Source: Candidatus Altimarinota bacterium | GTDB lineage: Bacteria > Patescibacteriota > Gracilibacteria > CAIRYL01 > GCA-016699755 | Assembly (NCBI GenBank): GCA_963664295.1 | Contig: OY760935.1 | Location: forward strand, 544,001 to 608,000 | Direction: 5' to 3' | Length of the DNA stretch: 64,000 bases | Shown here: piece after piece, positions 9,413-18,587 of the stretch | Layout: each line of letters starts with the position of its first letter | Numbering within the stretch: the stretch's first letter is position 1 | The notes under the pieces: model-generated | Told to the model about the DNA's origin: nothing | What the model saw: the letters and a program-made list of their open reading frames with translations, nothing else | Databases searched by the model: none | Position numbers and translations under genes: made by a program

Positions 9413-9895
9413 TTAAATAATTTTAATAAAATTAAAATCATTATTGCTCCACTTCAAAAACTTCTTAAAATCGTTAATACTCAATAAAACAGAGGCTTCA
9501 TTTGTGTTTGGGTGAATACAAATTTGTTCATAATCAATTATATCTTCATCAATTAAAACTTTTACCTGATTTTCTTGATCATTTATTAGTCCCAAAGGTG
9601 AAACACTGCCAGGTGTTAATCCTAAAAATTGTTTTAGTCTATCTGCGGACGCAAAACTTAATTTTGTTTCATTTAAAAATTCTTGAATTTCTTTTAAATT
9701 AGCTCTTTTTTCTTGCAAAATAACTATTAGATAATGCTGATTACCTTTTTTGTTGCGCAAAAAAAGATTTTTTACATGCGCACCAGGAATTTGCGAACAA
9801 TATTGATCTGCTTCTTCACAAGTGAACACCGCAGGATGACTATATTTTTTGTATTTTATCTCCAAGTTGCCCAAAATTTTATAAATATCAAACAT
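9413..9895 (-). CDS. YbaK/ProX(PrdX) aminoacyl-tRNA editing protein
   Basis: HPAVFT.EEA, KNLFLR, LSFAS, LGLTPGSVSPLGL, HPNTN. Confidence 0.92.
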   Translation of the reverse strand: MFDIYKILGNLEIKYKKYSHPAVFTCEEADQYCSQIPGAHVKNLFLRNKKGNQHYLIVILQEKRANLKEIQEFLNETKLSFASADRLKQFLGLTPGSVSPLGLINDQENQVKVLIDEDIIDYEQICIHPNTNEASVLLSINDFKKFLKWSNNDFNFIKII

Positions 9896-9988
9896 TTATT
9901 TATGTAAATTTTTTTAAACTATAACACTTTACTTAATTTTAGTAGCCTAAATTATATATTTTAATAAAAAGAAGCAAGCAATATAAGA

Positions 9989-10053
9989 AAATTTATTTTT
10001 GAGACGAAAAAAGCGCACATTATAGTGCGCGTTTGAGCGAAAAAATAAAATTG
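9989..10053. repeat. Imperfect palindrome downstream of gyrB (terminator or REP-like)
   Basis: TTTATTTTT-GAGACGAA..GCGCAC-ATTATA-GTGCGC..TGAGCG-AAAAAATAAA. Confidence 0.55.
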
Positions 10054-10085
10054 ACGCAATAGTGCAAAGCTTATTTTTTTTAAAA

Positions 10086-12065
10086 TTAGATATCAAGATT
10101 TTTCACATTCTTAGCATGAGTCTGAATGAATTTTTTACGAGGCGGAACCTCAGGCCCCATCAAAGTTTCAAAAGTTTGATCAGCTCTTTCTGCATCTTCA
10201 ATAGCCACTTTCATTAATGTTCTTGTCTCTGGGTTCATTGTGGTTTCCCATAATTGATCTGGGTTCATTTCACCAAGACCTTTGTAGCGCTGAAGAGAGT
10301 ATTTTTTCTTTTTTGATTTATTTGCAACTTCTTCGTCTCCTTCTTCTGTTTCTGCAATATCTTCAACTTCATCTTCATCAACTCCAAATTCAGTCAAAAT
10401 TCTTTCTTTTTCTTCATTATTAAAAGCATATTTACTTTTTGCACCAACAGTAATTTTATACAAAGGAGGACAGGCAATGTACACATTACCTTTTTCAATC
10501 AAATCTTTAAAATAACGATAAAACAAAGTCAAAAGCAAAGTGCGAATATGCGCACCATCAACATCCGCATCAGTCATGATAATAATCTTGCCATAGCGTA
10601 ATTTTTCATAATCAAAAGTTTCCCCAATGCTAGTACCAAAGGCAACCACCATTGATTTTATTTCTGCATTTTTAAACATTTTATCAATACGCGCTTGCTC
10701 TGTATTTAAAATTTTACCTCTTAATGGAAGAATGGCCTGAATATGCCTATCTCTTCCTTGCTTTGCGCTACCACCAGCAGAATCGCCCTCAACAATAAAA
10801 ATTTCTGATTCATCTGGATTTTTACTAGAACAATCTGCTAATTTGCCAGGAAGAGTCAAACCTTCGAGTGCGCCTTTGCGGATAATAGTATCTCTGGCTG
10901 CACGAGCAGCAACTCTAGCTCTAGCCGCAAGAGCACACTTTCCAAAAATATTACGAGCTTCAGAAGGAAATTCTTCCAAGAAAATATTAAATCCTTCAGC
11001 AAAAGCACTTTCCACAGCTTGTCTAATTTCTGCATTGCCCAACTTTCCTTTTGTCTGACCTTCAAACTGAGGTTCAGCAAGACGAACAGAGATAACAGCA
11101 ACTAGTCCTTCACGCACATCCTCAGCAGTTAAATTATCGTCTTTTTCTTTTAATAAAGTTTTTTCACGAGCATAGGCATTGATAGTACGAGTTAAAGCAG
11201 AACGAAAACCAGTTAAATGAGTTCCTCCTTCGGGAGTGTGAATATTATTTGCAAAAGAAACAATATTTTCAGAAAAACTTTCTGTATATTGCAAAGCAAT
11301 TTCTATATCACACTCAGGCAAGCTTTTTTCAACAAGAAAAACTTCAGAAAGAGAATTTTTATTTTCAGATAAATGTTGAACATAGCTCTTTACGCCACCT
11401 TCAAAATAAAATCTATACTTTTTTGGATTTTCTTCGCGTTCATCAGTAAGAGAAATTTGAACACCTTTTGTTAAGTAAGATTGTTGGCGAAAACGAGTAA
11501 GTACAGTGTCAAACTCAATCACAGCATCACCAAAAACCTCTTTATCTGGATAAAAAGTAATTTCTGTGCCTGTTTTTGAAATATCACCAACAGGAGCAAT
11601 GTCGCCTAATACTTTTCCTCTGGAATAAGATTGTTGCCAAATTTTGCCATCACGATAAACTTTTGCTTCTGTTTTTTCAGAAAGAGCATTAACCACACTA
11701 GCACCAACACCATGCAAACCACCAGAAACCTTATATCCCCCACCATCACCAAATTTACCACCAGCATGAAGAATAGTCATAACAGTTTCCAAAGCGCTTT
11801 TGCCAGTTTTTGTGTGCACATCAACAGGAATACCACGACCATTATCAAGCACTCTCACTCCCCCGTCAGCCTGCAAAACAACGTCAATTTCTGTACAATG
11901 GCCAGCCATTGCCTCATCTATTGCATTATCAACAATCTCCCATAGGAGATGATGAAGACCTCTTTCGTCCGTTGAGCCAATATACATTCCCGGGCGTTTA
12001 CGAACAGCTTCCAAGCCTTCTAAAACTTGTATATTATCCGCTGAATAATTCTGATTATCTGCCAT
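10086..12065 (-). CDS. gyrB: DNA gyrase subunit B
   Basis: [56 protein letters not shown]. Confidence 0.95.
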   Translation of the reverse strand: MADNQNYSADNIQVLEGLEAVRKRPGMYIGSTDERGLHHLLWEIVDNAIDEAMAGHCTEIDVVLQADGGVRVLDNGRGIPVDVHTKTGKSALETVMTILHAGGKFGDGGGYKVSGGLHGVGASVVNALSEKTEAKVYRDGKIWQQSYSRGKVLGDIAPVGDISKTGTEITFYPDKEVFGDAVIEFDTVLTRFRQQSYLTKGVQISLTDEREENPKKYRFYFEGGVKSYVQHLSENKNSLSEVFLVEKSLPECDIEIALQYTESFSENIVSFANNIHTPEGGTHLTGFRSALTRTINAYAREKTLLKEKDDNLTAEDVREGLVAVISVRLAEPQFEGQTKGKLGNAEIRQAVESAFAEGFNIFLEEFPSEARNIFGKCALAARARVAARAARDTIIRKGALEGLTLPGKLADCSSKNPDESEIFIVEGDSAGGSAKQGRDRHIQAILPLRGKILNTEQARIDKMFKNAEIKSMVVAFGTSIGETFDYEKLRYGKIIIMTDADVDGAHIRTLLLTLFYRYFKDLIEKGNVYIACPPLYKITVGAKSKYAFNNEEKERILTEFGVDEDEVEDIAETEEGDEEVANKSKKKKYSLQRYKGLGEMNPDQLWETTMNPETRTLMKVAIEDAERADQTFETLMGPEVPPRKKFIQTHAKNVKNLDI

Positions 12066-12136
12066 TTTTTTGCATAATTAAATTTCCTGATTATTGTACA
12101 GGATTGAGCGCAAAAAACAAGGAAGAAAAAGGTATT

Positions 12137-12466
12137 TTAAGTAAATTTTTTAAACATTTTTAAAATCTCTTTTTCCAAATCCACAAAATACACCTCTAAA
12201 ACTTTTTCCGAACCAAAAATAACCGCATCAACAGGCGGACAATCTGCAATATTAAGCCTAATTGCCTCCGCCAATCTACGCTTAATTCTATTTCTTATTA
12301 CTGCTTTTTTGGAAATTTTCTTAGAAACAACAATAGAAAAACGTGACCCACCTTCTTCTTTTTTAAAAAATTTACACAAAAAACAAGGTGAAAAATATTT
12401 TTCACCTTTACTAAAAAGGGCGCGAATAACTGGCTTATCCCTTAATCTATTTTCGCGCTTAAGCAT
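12137..12466 (-). CDS. rnpA: Ribonuclease P protein component
   Basis: VSKKISKKAVIRNRIKRRL (RNR motif); follows rpmH. Confidence 0.95.
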   Translation of the reverse strand: MLKRENRLRDKPVIRALFSKGEKYFSPCFLCKFFKKEEGGSRFSIVVSKKISKKAVIRNRIKRRLAEAIRLNIADCPPVDAVIFGSEKVLEVYFVDLEKEILKMFKKFT

Positions 12467-12479
12467 GTTGATTATTTAT

Positions 12480-12608
12480 TTAAACACTAAGAACTTTTCT
12501 ACCTTTTGCTCTTCTTCTTTTAATAACTCTTCTGCCACCAGGTGTGCGCATGCGGGCAATAAAGCCATGTCTTCTTTTTCTGCGTCTGTTGTTTCTCTTT
12601 GAAAGCAT
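12480..12608 (-). CDS. rpmH: 50S ribosomal protein L34 (not in the ORF track)
   Basis: Manual translation [42 protein letters not shown]. Confidence 0.97.
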   Translation of the reverse strand: MLSKRNNRRRKRRHGFIARMRTPGGRRVIKRRRAKGRKVLSV

Positions 12609-12732
12609 ATTTCTCTTTAAAATAAGTGCCAAAGTATTTTCTATGAAAAGAGCTTTTCTGTCAAATCTTTTTCATTTATTTGATTTTTTTGTTATTTTGA
12701 CTTAAATTACCCTTAAAGTAACAAGAAAATAA

Positions 12733-13302
12733 ATGGAAATAAATTTAAGCTGGGATTTGTTCGTTGTCGTATTTTTCACCATTATAGTCGCCTATAGCTA
12801 TGTTATAGGAAAATATCAAACTCTAAAGATCATTCTTAGTTCTTATATGGCAATATTAGCTGCAGATGGAGTTGGCAACTTGGTACAAAGATATATGATT
12901 GGTGAAGACCCTATTTTAAACATATTTGTAGGTCAAAACAGCATAAAAGCACTTATTTTCTTAAAAATATTTATTTTTGTAATTTTGACCATCATCTTAG
13001 CAACAAGAGGAAAATTTGGAATTGTTGTTTCAAAAGAAAAAAATCAATTTATTGGTTTTATAACCACTGTTTTATATGGTGTGCTTTCCGCAGGACTAAT
13101 TGTTTCCACTATTTTAGTTTATATTTCCGGCTCATCGCTGGTGGAAAATAATTCACTTTTTGCAGAAAATCCACTTTTGCCCATTGCACAACAATCTGAA
13201 ATTGTTGGACTAATGATTGGACATTATAGTGCTTGGTTTTCTTTGCCTGCAATTGTGTTTATTATCTCTAGCATTTTTGGTGATGACACCGAAAGCGCAT
13301 AA
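12733..13302 (+). CDS. Hypothetical membrane protein (CvpA-like topology)
   Basis: 189 aa with 4-5 TM; WDLFVV..AYSYVIGK start resembles the CvpA family. Confidence 0.7.
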   Translation: MEINLSWDLFVVVFFTIIVAYSYVIGKYQTLKIILSSYMAILAADGVGNLVQRYMIGEDPILNIFVGQNSIKALIFLKIFIFVILTIILATRGKFGIVVSKEKNQFIGFITTVLYGVLSAGLIVSTILVYISGSSLVENNSLFAENPLLPIAQQSEIVGLMIGHYSAWFSLPAIVFIISSIFGDDTESA

Positions 13303-13368
13303 AAAACAAAAAGTTTTTATTGACTTAAGCGCTATTTTATATAAAATAGCTGAGTGCTTTGACAATTT

Positions 13369-13443
13369 GGGTGAGTAGCTCAGTGGTAGAGCAGTAGCCT
13401 TTTAAGCTATTGGCCGTGGGTTCGATCCCCACCTCACCCACCA
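13369..13443 (+). tRNA. tRNA-Lys(TTT)
   Basis: GGGTGAG..GTAGC-CT-TTT-AA-GCTAT..GGTTCGATCC..CTCACCC-A-CCA; TTGACT/TAAAAT promoter at 13320-13347. Confidence 0.97.
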
Positions 13444-13632
13444 TTAAAAAAACAGTCCTGCAAAGCAGGAGTGGTCTTTTAATTATGAGTTGGGAGCGAG
13501 CACACAGCCATCTAATTAGCCCGTGGGTGCGGTCTGCAGTGGAGGGCTTTTGCGAAGCAAAACCCGAAACAAAAGACTCGATCCCCACCTCACCCACCAT
13601 TTGAAATGTTCTCATGCGAAACATGAGGTTTT
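13444..13632 (+). repeat. tRNA-Lys downstream module with duplicated tRNA 3' end
   Basis: TCGATCCCCACCTCACCCACCA repeated at 13578-13599 (156-bp period), flanked by hairpins. Confidence 0.8.
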
Positions 13633-13690
13633 AATATTGACAAAAATAAGAAAATAATTAATACTATCTACCTTTTTCGCCTTATCTTAA

Positions 13691-14209
13691 ATGAGCAATA
13701 AACCGAATAAATTAGATATAAATCAATATAGAGACGCTATTATTGCTTCAAAAATAACAGATGTGGGAGAAATCTTCCGGCTAATCACAGCAATAGAAAG
13801 CGACAAAGAGCCAATATTAGATAATCCTGACACATTTCCCCTTATTGTGTTTTTACGATCACAAATAGCAACAGTGGACAGCAGTTTATTGCTCAATGCT
13901 TTAATTGAAATTTTACCAGAAGCAAAAGGACTTATTGAAAAAGAAAAAGTAATAGACAATCTTGTGTCTCTAAATAAAATAAGTATAGAGGGTGATTTTC
14001 AATTAAATGAAAAACAAATAAGACAAATTATGAACATAGCTGTCGACAGACTAGCTCTAGTAGAAACAAATCAACTAGATAATATAACTTACGCAACTAT
14101 TATAATTAAAAATGATAGAATAAAAGTTGCAATATATTATCCAAATTGTTCTGCGTTTGAAGCAGAAGCTAAAACATTTGGAATTAATCCTGAAAACTTA
14201 AAACAATAA
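13691..14209 (+). CDS. Hypothetical protein
   Basis: 172-aa ORF with TTGACA at 13637 upstream; no recognisable motif. Confidence 0.7.
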   Translation: MSNKPNKLDINQYRDAIIASKITDVGEIFRLITAIESDKEPILDNPDTFPLIVFLRSQIATVDSSLLLNALIEILPEAKGLIEKEKVIDNLVSLNKISIEGDFQLNEKQIRQIMNIAVDRLALVETNQLDNITYATIIIKNDRIKVAIYYPNCSAFEAEAKTFGINPENLKQ

Positions 14210-14226
14210 ATAAATAAATAAATTAT

Positions 14227-15036
14227 TTATTTCTTCTCAAGGTAAACTGCAACTGGATGACCTGTTAATCTTTCTTGTGGTATATTTCCTGCTTCAATTT
14301 GAACATTTTGCCCATTCCACTCTTCTGTAAAATTAGGATTATCAGTATTACCAACATGATAAACAAGTGGCGTAAAATCACCAGTCTCTTTGTTGATATT
14401 AGCAAGAGCTTGTGTTGCTGAAAAACCACTAACACCAGGTGGTTCAAAACTAATACCGTCAATCATTATTACCTTTGGCTTCACTATTTTATGTAAAAAT
14501 TCAGCACCTTCTGGCAAAAATCCAGGCCTATTTTTTTGTGATTTTGGCAACTGATCATAATCAGGATTACCTTTATCATCCGTGATTTCCAAAACATCTT
14601 TCATAAGTTTTGTGCGACAAAGCACAATGCAGTCCTCAATAGACCGTTCTGAATCTGTTTCAATTCCAATTTTTTTTAATAATGTCTCCATCTCTTTTCT
14701 TCCGTATTGAACACCTTGCTCTAAATCTAAAACAAGTAACTCTCCTTGCAATTTTGATCTAGGAACTGTATCCATATTTAAATCACCACACGTTTTATCA
14801 AATGCAGATGGTGTTAACATAGCTGTTCCATTAAAAGCAAAGCTACTAATCAAAGCGCTACGTTCATATGTTTCCTCTCCTGTATTAGGATTTACAAAAC
14901 AAATTTTTGGCAATCTTAACACTCTATCATTTCCGTCAAAAAACCGTGGCGACACTTTTGTTGGCACAGAATCCATAGAAAACACATTTGGTGGAATAGT
15001 AAGATTTTTTTCAGATAAACTTTTGACTGAATTCAT
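14227..15036 (-). CDS. Divergent cyclase/kynurenine formamidase-like protein
   Basis: IVLCRT, PGFLPEGAEFL, KVIMIDGISFE and C-terminal GHPV match the family pattern; metal motif degenerate. Confidence 0.6.
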   Translation of the reverse strand: MNSVKSLSEKNLTIPPNVFSMDSVPTKVSPRFFDGNDRVLRLPKICFVNPNTGEETYERSALISSFAFNGTAMLTPSAFDKTCGDLNMDTVPRSKLQGELLVLDLEQGVQYGRKEMETLLKKIGIETDSERSIEDCIVLCRTKLMKDVLEITDDKGNPDYDQLPKSQKNRPGFLPEGAEFLHKIVKPKVIMIDGISFEPPGVSGFSATQALANINKETGDFTPLVYHVGNTDNPNFTEEWNGQNVQIEAGNIPQERLTGHPVAVYLEKK

Positions 15037-15161
15037 AGTTTATTATTAAAAGGATATTTATTTTACAAAAAATAATCACTTTGTCAAATATTTTCCTAAG
15101 ATATTAAATCTTGACTATCTAACTTAAAATAACCTAAAATCTTTCTGTTTGACTTGTGTGT

Positions 15162-15236
15162 GGCCCGTTCGTCTAGTGGTTAGGACGCCGCCCTCTCACG
15201 GCAGAAACAGGGGTTCGATTCCCCTACGGGCTACCA
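15162..15236 (+). tRNA. tRNA-Glu(CTC)
   Basis: GGCCCGT..CCGCC-CT-CTC-AC-GGCAG..AGGGGTTCGATTCCCCT-ACGGGCT-A-CCA. Confidence 0.95.
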
Positions 15237-15476
15237 TTGCTTTTAAAGGCGTCCGTGATAATTAGTCGCTGCCCTTGAACCCAGAAACAGGGGTTCGATT
15301 CCCCTACGGGCTACCATTGCTTTTAAAGGCGTCCGTGATAATTAGTCGCTGCCCTTGAACCCAGAAACAGGGGTTCGATTCCCCTACGGGCTACCATTGC
15401 TTTTAAAGGCGTCCGTGATAATTAGTCGCTGCCCTTGAACCCAGAAACAGGGGTTCGATTCCCCTACGGGCTACCA
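15237..15476 (+). repeat. Three identical 80-bp tandem units, each ending in the 35-nt 3' part of tRNA-Glu
   Basis: Units at 15237-15316, 15317-15396 and 15397-15476. Confidence 0.95.
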
Positions 15477-15498
15477 AGAAATGGCGAGAATTACGACC

Positions 15499-17634
15499 TT
15501 ACTCCCCCACTTTCCTCAAAGGTGCAACTGAGGCGGCTAGTCTTTTTGTGCCACCTTTATTAAAACTAACTGTAAGAATATCGCCTTCCACCCTATCTAT
15601 TCTGCCATCACCAAAAACAGGATGAGAAACAGAGTCACCTTCAAAAAACTCAGCGATATAATCTGGAAAATCATCATAAATTGGAGTCATGCTAATGCCA
15701 TCTGCATCGCCTTCTGTTGCAATAGGCTCATTCAAAAAATCCGGTTTTATTTCTGATAAAAATCTTGATGGCTGGTTATATGTTATGTCTCCAAAGAGCA
15801 TTCTGCTTTTTGCATGAGTCAGATAGAGCTTTTCCATTGCCCTAGTCATACCCACATACATCAATCTACGCTCTTCTTCAATTTGATCTGGTGCAAACAT
15901 GCAATTTGCATGAGGAAAAATATTTTCCTCCATACCACCAACAAAAACTACTGGGAACTCCAGCCCTTTTGCATTGTGCAAAGTCATAAGAACTAATCTG
16001 TCTTTTTTTTCGTCTAATCGATCCATATCGGATATTAACGCCACTTCTTCTAAAAATAAATCTAGAGAATTTTCCACTCCGTCAAATTTGCGTGCTACTG
16101 AAACTAGCTCGCGAATGTTTTCCCACCTTACTTCACCTTCCTCTGTGCCGTCTCGAAAATAATTTTCTATACCAAATTTTTCAATTACTTCTAAAATCAT
16201 ATCTGCGACTGACATGGTGTTTTTTTCTTTTTGTAGAGCTAATATTTTTTTATTAAAACTTGTTAGTGCTTCTTTTGCCCTTGGTGCTATGCCCTCTGCA
16301 AATTCCACATGATTTAACACGCTAAATAAATCCATGCCTTTTTCTTGAGCAAAACTTTCTAAACGCTGGATTGTCACTTTGCCTATTTTGCGTGCTGGCA
16401 CATTGATTATTCTTAAAAGTGAAACTGTGTCACTACTATTGGCAACAACTCTTAAGTATGCGAGTACATCTTTGATTTCTCTGCGGGCATAAAATTTCAC
16501 TCCACCTACTATTTGATAAGGAATTCCATATTTTAATGCTGCTTCTTCAAAAATACGAGATTGTGCATTGGTGCGATATAAAATTGCAAAATCTGTATAT
16601 GGCCTGTTGTCCAGCACTCTAAGATCGGAAATTTCACGCATTATTGCTTCTGCTTCTTCTCTGCCATCTTGATATTCAAAAACATTGATTTTTTCTCCCT
16701 CACCATTAGCTGTGAACATTTTTTTTGGCACACGAGAAGAGTTGTTTTCAATTACGCTATCTGCTCCGCCAAGTATGTTTCCTGTTGAGCGATAATTTTG
16801 CTCCAATTTTACTATTTTTGCTTCTGGAAAATTCTTGGAAAAATCGAGAATATTTTGAATAGTTGCTCCACGAAAGGAATAAATTGCCTGATCTGAATCA
16901 CCAATTGCGCAAAGATTTTGATGATTTTCTGCTAATAAGTCTGAAAAAAGTGACTGAACTGGATTTGTATCCTGAAACTCGTCAATCATTATGTACTTCC
17001 AGCGTTCTTGAAACTTTGCCAATATTTCTGGATAATTTTGAAAAATCTTTACCGGTAAAACCAAAAGATCATCAAAATCAAGCCCGTTCATGCGCACAAG
17101 CTCTTTTTCATATATATTAAAAACTTCACTTACCTTGCGATCAAACTCACTAGCTATATTAAGAGAAAACTCATCAGCAGTCATTAAGGTATTTTTTGCT
17201 CCGGAAATGCGATTTTGGATTGCTTTTGGATGAATTTCGTCTTTTGGCAAGCCAATATCTTTGCATATTTGCCTAACCAAAGCCTTTACATCATCTGAAT
17301 CCATGATTGTAAATGATTTTTTGCGATTTAGTGCCTCAATTTCTTGTCTTAATATGCGCACGCCAATGGAATGAAATGTGCCAATTAAAGGACGAGCATA
17401 CATTTTTCCTTGCAATAAGCCATCAACACGAGTTTGCATTTCTTCTGCTGCTTTGTTGGTAAAAGTCACTGCCAAAATATTAGCTGGATGCACTCCTTGG
17501 TTTATTAAGTTTGCTACCCTGCGAGTGAGTACTAATGTTTTTCCACTACCTGCTCCTGCAATAACCAAAAGAGGGCCTTCTTTGTGGCTTACTGCTTGCT
17601 TTTGTCGTTCGTTTAAATTCTCAAAAATATCCAT
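15499..17634 (-). CDS. pcrA: ATP-dependent DNA helicase PcrA/UvrD
   Basis: AGAGSGKT, VTFTNKAA, DEFQDTN, LEQNYRS, MTLHNAKGLEF, EERRLMYVGMTRA. Confidence 0.95.
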   Translation of the reverse strand: MDIFENLNERQKQAVSHKEGPLLVIAGAGSGKTLVLTRRVANLINQGVHPANILAVTFTNKAAEEMQTRVDGLLQGKMYARPLIGTFHSIGVRILRQEIEALNRKKSFTIMDSDDVKALVRQICKDIGLPKDEIHPKAIQNRISGAKNTLMTADEFSLNIASEFDRKVSEVFNIYEKELVRMNGLDFDDLLVLPVKIFQNYPEILAKFQERWKYIMIDEFQDTNPVQSLFSDLLAENHQNLCAIGDSDQAIYSFRGATIQNILDFSKNFPEAKIVKLEQNYRSTGNILGGADSVIENNSSRVPKKMFTANGEGEKINVFEYQDGREEAEAIMREISDLRVLDNRPYTDFAILYRTNAQSRIFEEAALKYGIPYQIVGGVKFYARREIKDVLAYLRVVANSSDTVSLLRIINVPARKIGKVTIQRLESFAQEKGMDLFSVLNHVEFAEGIAPRAKEALTSFNKKILALQKEKNTMSVADMILEVIEKFGIENYFRDGTEEGEVRWENIRELVSVARKFDGVENSLDLFLEEVALISDMDRLDEKKDRLVLMTLHNAKGLEFPVVFVGGMEENIFPHANCMFAPDQIEEERRLMYVGMTRAMEKLYLTHAKSRMLFGDITYNQPSRFLSEIKPDFLNEPIATEGDADGISMTPIYDDFPDYIAEFFEGDSVSHPVFGDGRIDRVEGDILTVSFNKGGTKRLAASVAPLRKVGE

Positions 17635-17720
17635 ATTTTTATTATTTTATGTAATTAACTGAGTATTTATTTTGCTGTAAAAATTAAAAAATTAAAAGGC
17701 AAATAAAATAAAAATTACCC

Positions 17721-17750
17721 TTGACAAATAATTGTTTTCTTGAATAGAAT
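17721..17750 (+). promoter_or_regulatory. Sigma-70 promoter for three small ORFs
   Basis: TTGACA-N18-TAGAAT. Confidence 0.6.
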
Positions 17751-17789
17751 ACTGCAAACAATTTTTTATTCCACTTTTTCCCCAAAATT

Positions 17790-17972
17790 ATGACAACACC
17801 AAGCACACCTTCTAGTGGACCAGAACTACCAAGCGGAATTGAAAGCTATTTGAAACGTGAAGATCCTTGGCATCCTGAAGGAAAAGCAAGAATGGATAAA
17901 ATTGCTGAACAAATAGCAAAAAAAGCAGCAGATGCCACAAAGGCAGATGAAAACTGGGGCAAAGAAGTTTAA
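17790..17972 (+). CDS. Small hypothetical protein
   Basis: 60-aa ATG ORF downstream of the promoter; Pro/Ser/Thr-rich N-terminus. Confidence 0.6.
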   Translation: MTTPSTPSSGPELPSGIESYLKREDPWHPEGKARMDKIAEQIAKKAADATKADENWGKEV

Positions 17973-18023
17973 TAGTCTATAAATAATCATAATTAACCAC
18001 TAGGCTTAACCATCCCCCTAATC

Positions 18024-18218
18024 ATGGTGTATAAACCAAAAATCACAGTATTTGACCCAAAAAATCCTGACAAATATGAGGATAGTGAGCAATTGCGTGA
18101 GTTAGATCGCTTTCCAGGGGCTCTCTTGAGCGCACGTGATATCAATCTTTTATCTGTTCAATATTTAAGATTGACTCAAAAAGCAATGATCTTTAAAGTG
18201 CTAAAAAACACACAATGA
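18024..18218 (+). CDS. Small hypothetical protein
   Basis: 64-aa ATG ORF co-oriented in the three-gene run. Confidence 0.5.
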   Translation: MVYKPKITVFDPKNPDKYEDSEQLRELDRFPGALLSARDINLLSVQYLRLTQKAMIFKVLKNTQ

Positions 18219-18247
18219 ATATTATTTAAATTTCCCCTAATTATATC

Positions 18248-18520
18248 ATGAAAAAAATCGATAATGTTGCAATGAGTATGCTAAAAAGAGATAAAGAAAA
18301 AGATGGTCAACGCGACAACACCTTGCCTCCTGTTTCATTCAGACTGCGCAAAAAAATAAAAAGAGTAATCAATAATGAACCAGGAAAAATACTCGATCTT
18401 AAAGATAAATCAAACCTTGTGCCTCTTAATAGAGATGATCTTGGTGCACTTATGATGAATTTTGCAGGCAACTTAAGCACAAAACCTAATGTTTTAAATG
18501 GCATCAAAAAGGAGCACTGA
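18248..18520 (+). CDS. Small hypothetical protein
   Basis: 90-aa ATG ORF followed by a terminator. Confidence 0.55.
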   Translation: MKKIDNVAMSMLKRDKEKDGQRDNTLPPVSFRLRKKIKRVINNEPGKILDLKDKSNLVPLNRDDLGALMMNFAGNLSTKPNVLNGIKKEH

Positions 18521-18537
18521 TTTTCAACTCAACAAAC

Positions 18538-18572
18538 AAAAAAACTCACAATAAATTATTGTGAGTTTTTTT
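18538..18572. terminator. Bidirectional intrinsic terminator
   Basis: A-tract-CTCACAATAA-A-TTATTGTGAG-T-tract between convergent genes. Confidence 0.8.
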
Positions 18573-18587
18573 AAATAAATACTAAAT

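Noticed and set aside
12609-12732. oriC next to rpmH
   Set aside because: No dnaA and no TTATCCACA box cluster in this short gap.
15202-15476. CRISPR array (35-bp repeats with 45-bp spacers)
   Set aside because: Spacers are identical, the repeat is the tRNA-Glu 3' part, and no cas genes are present.
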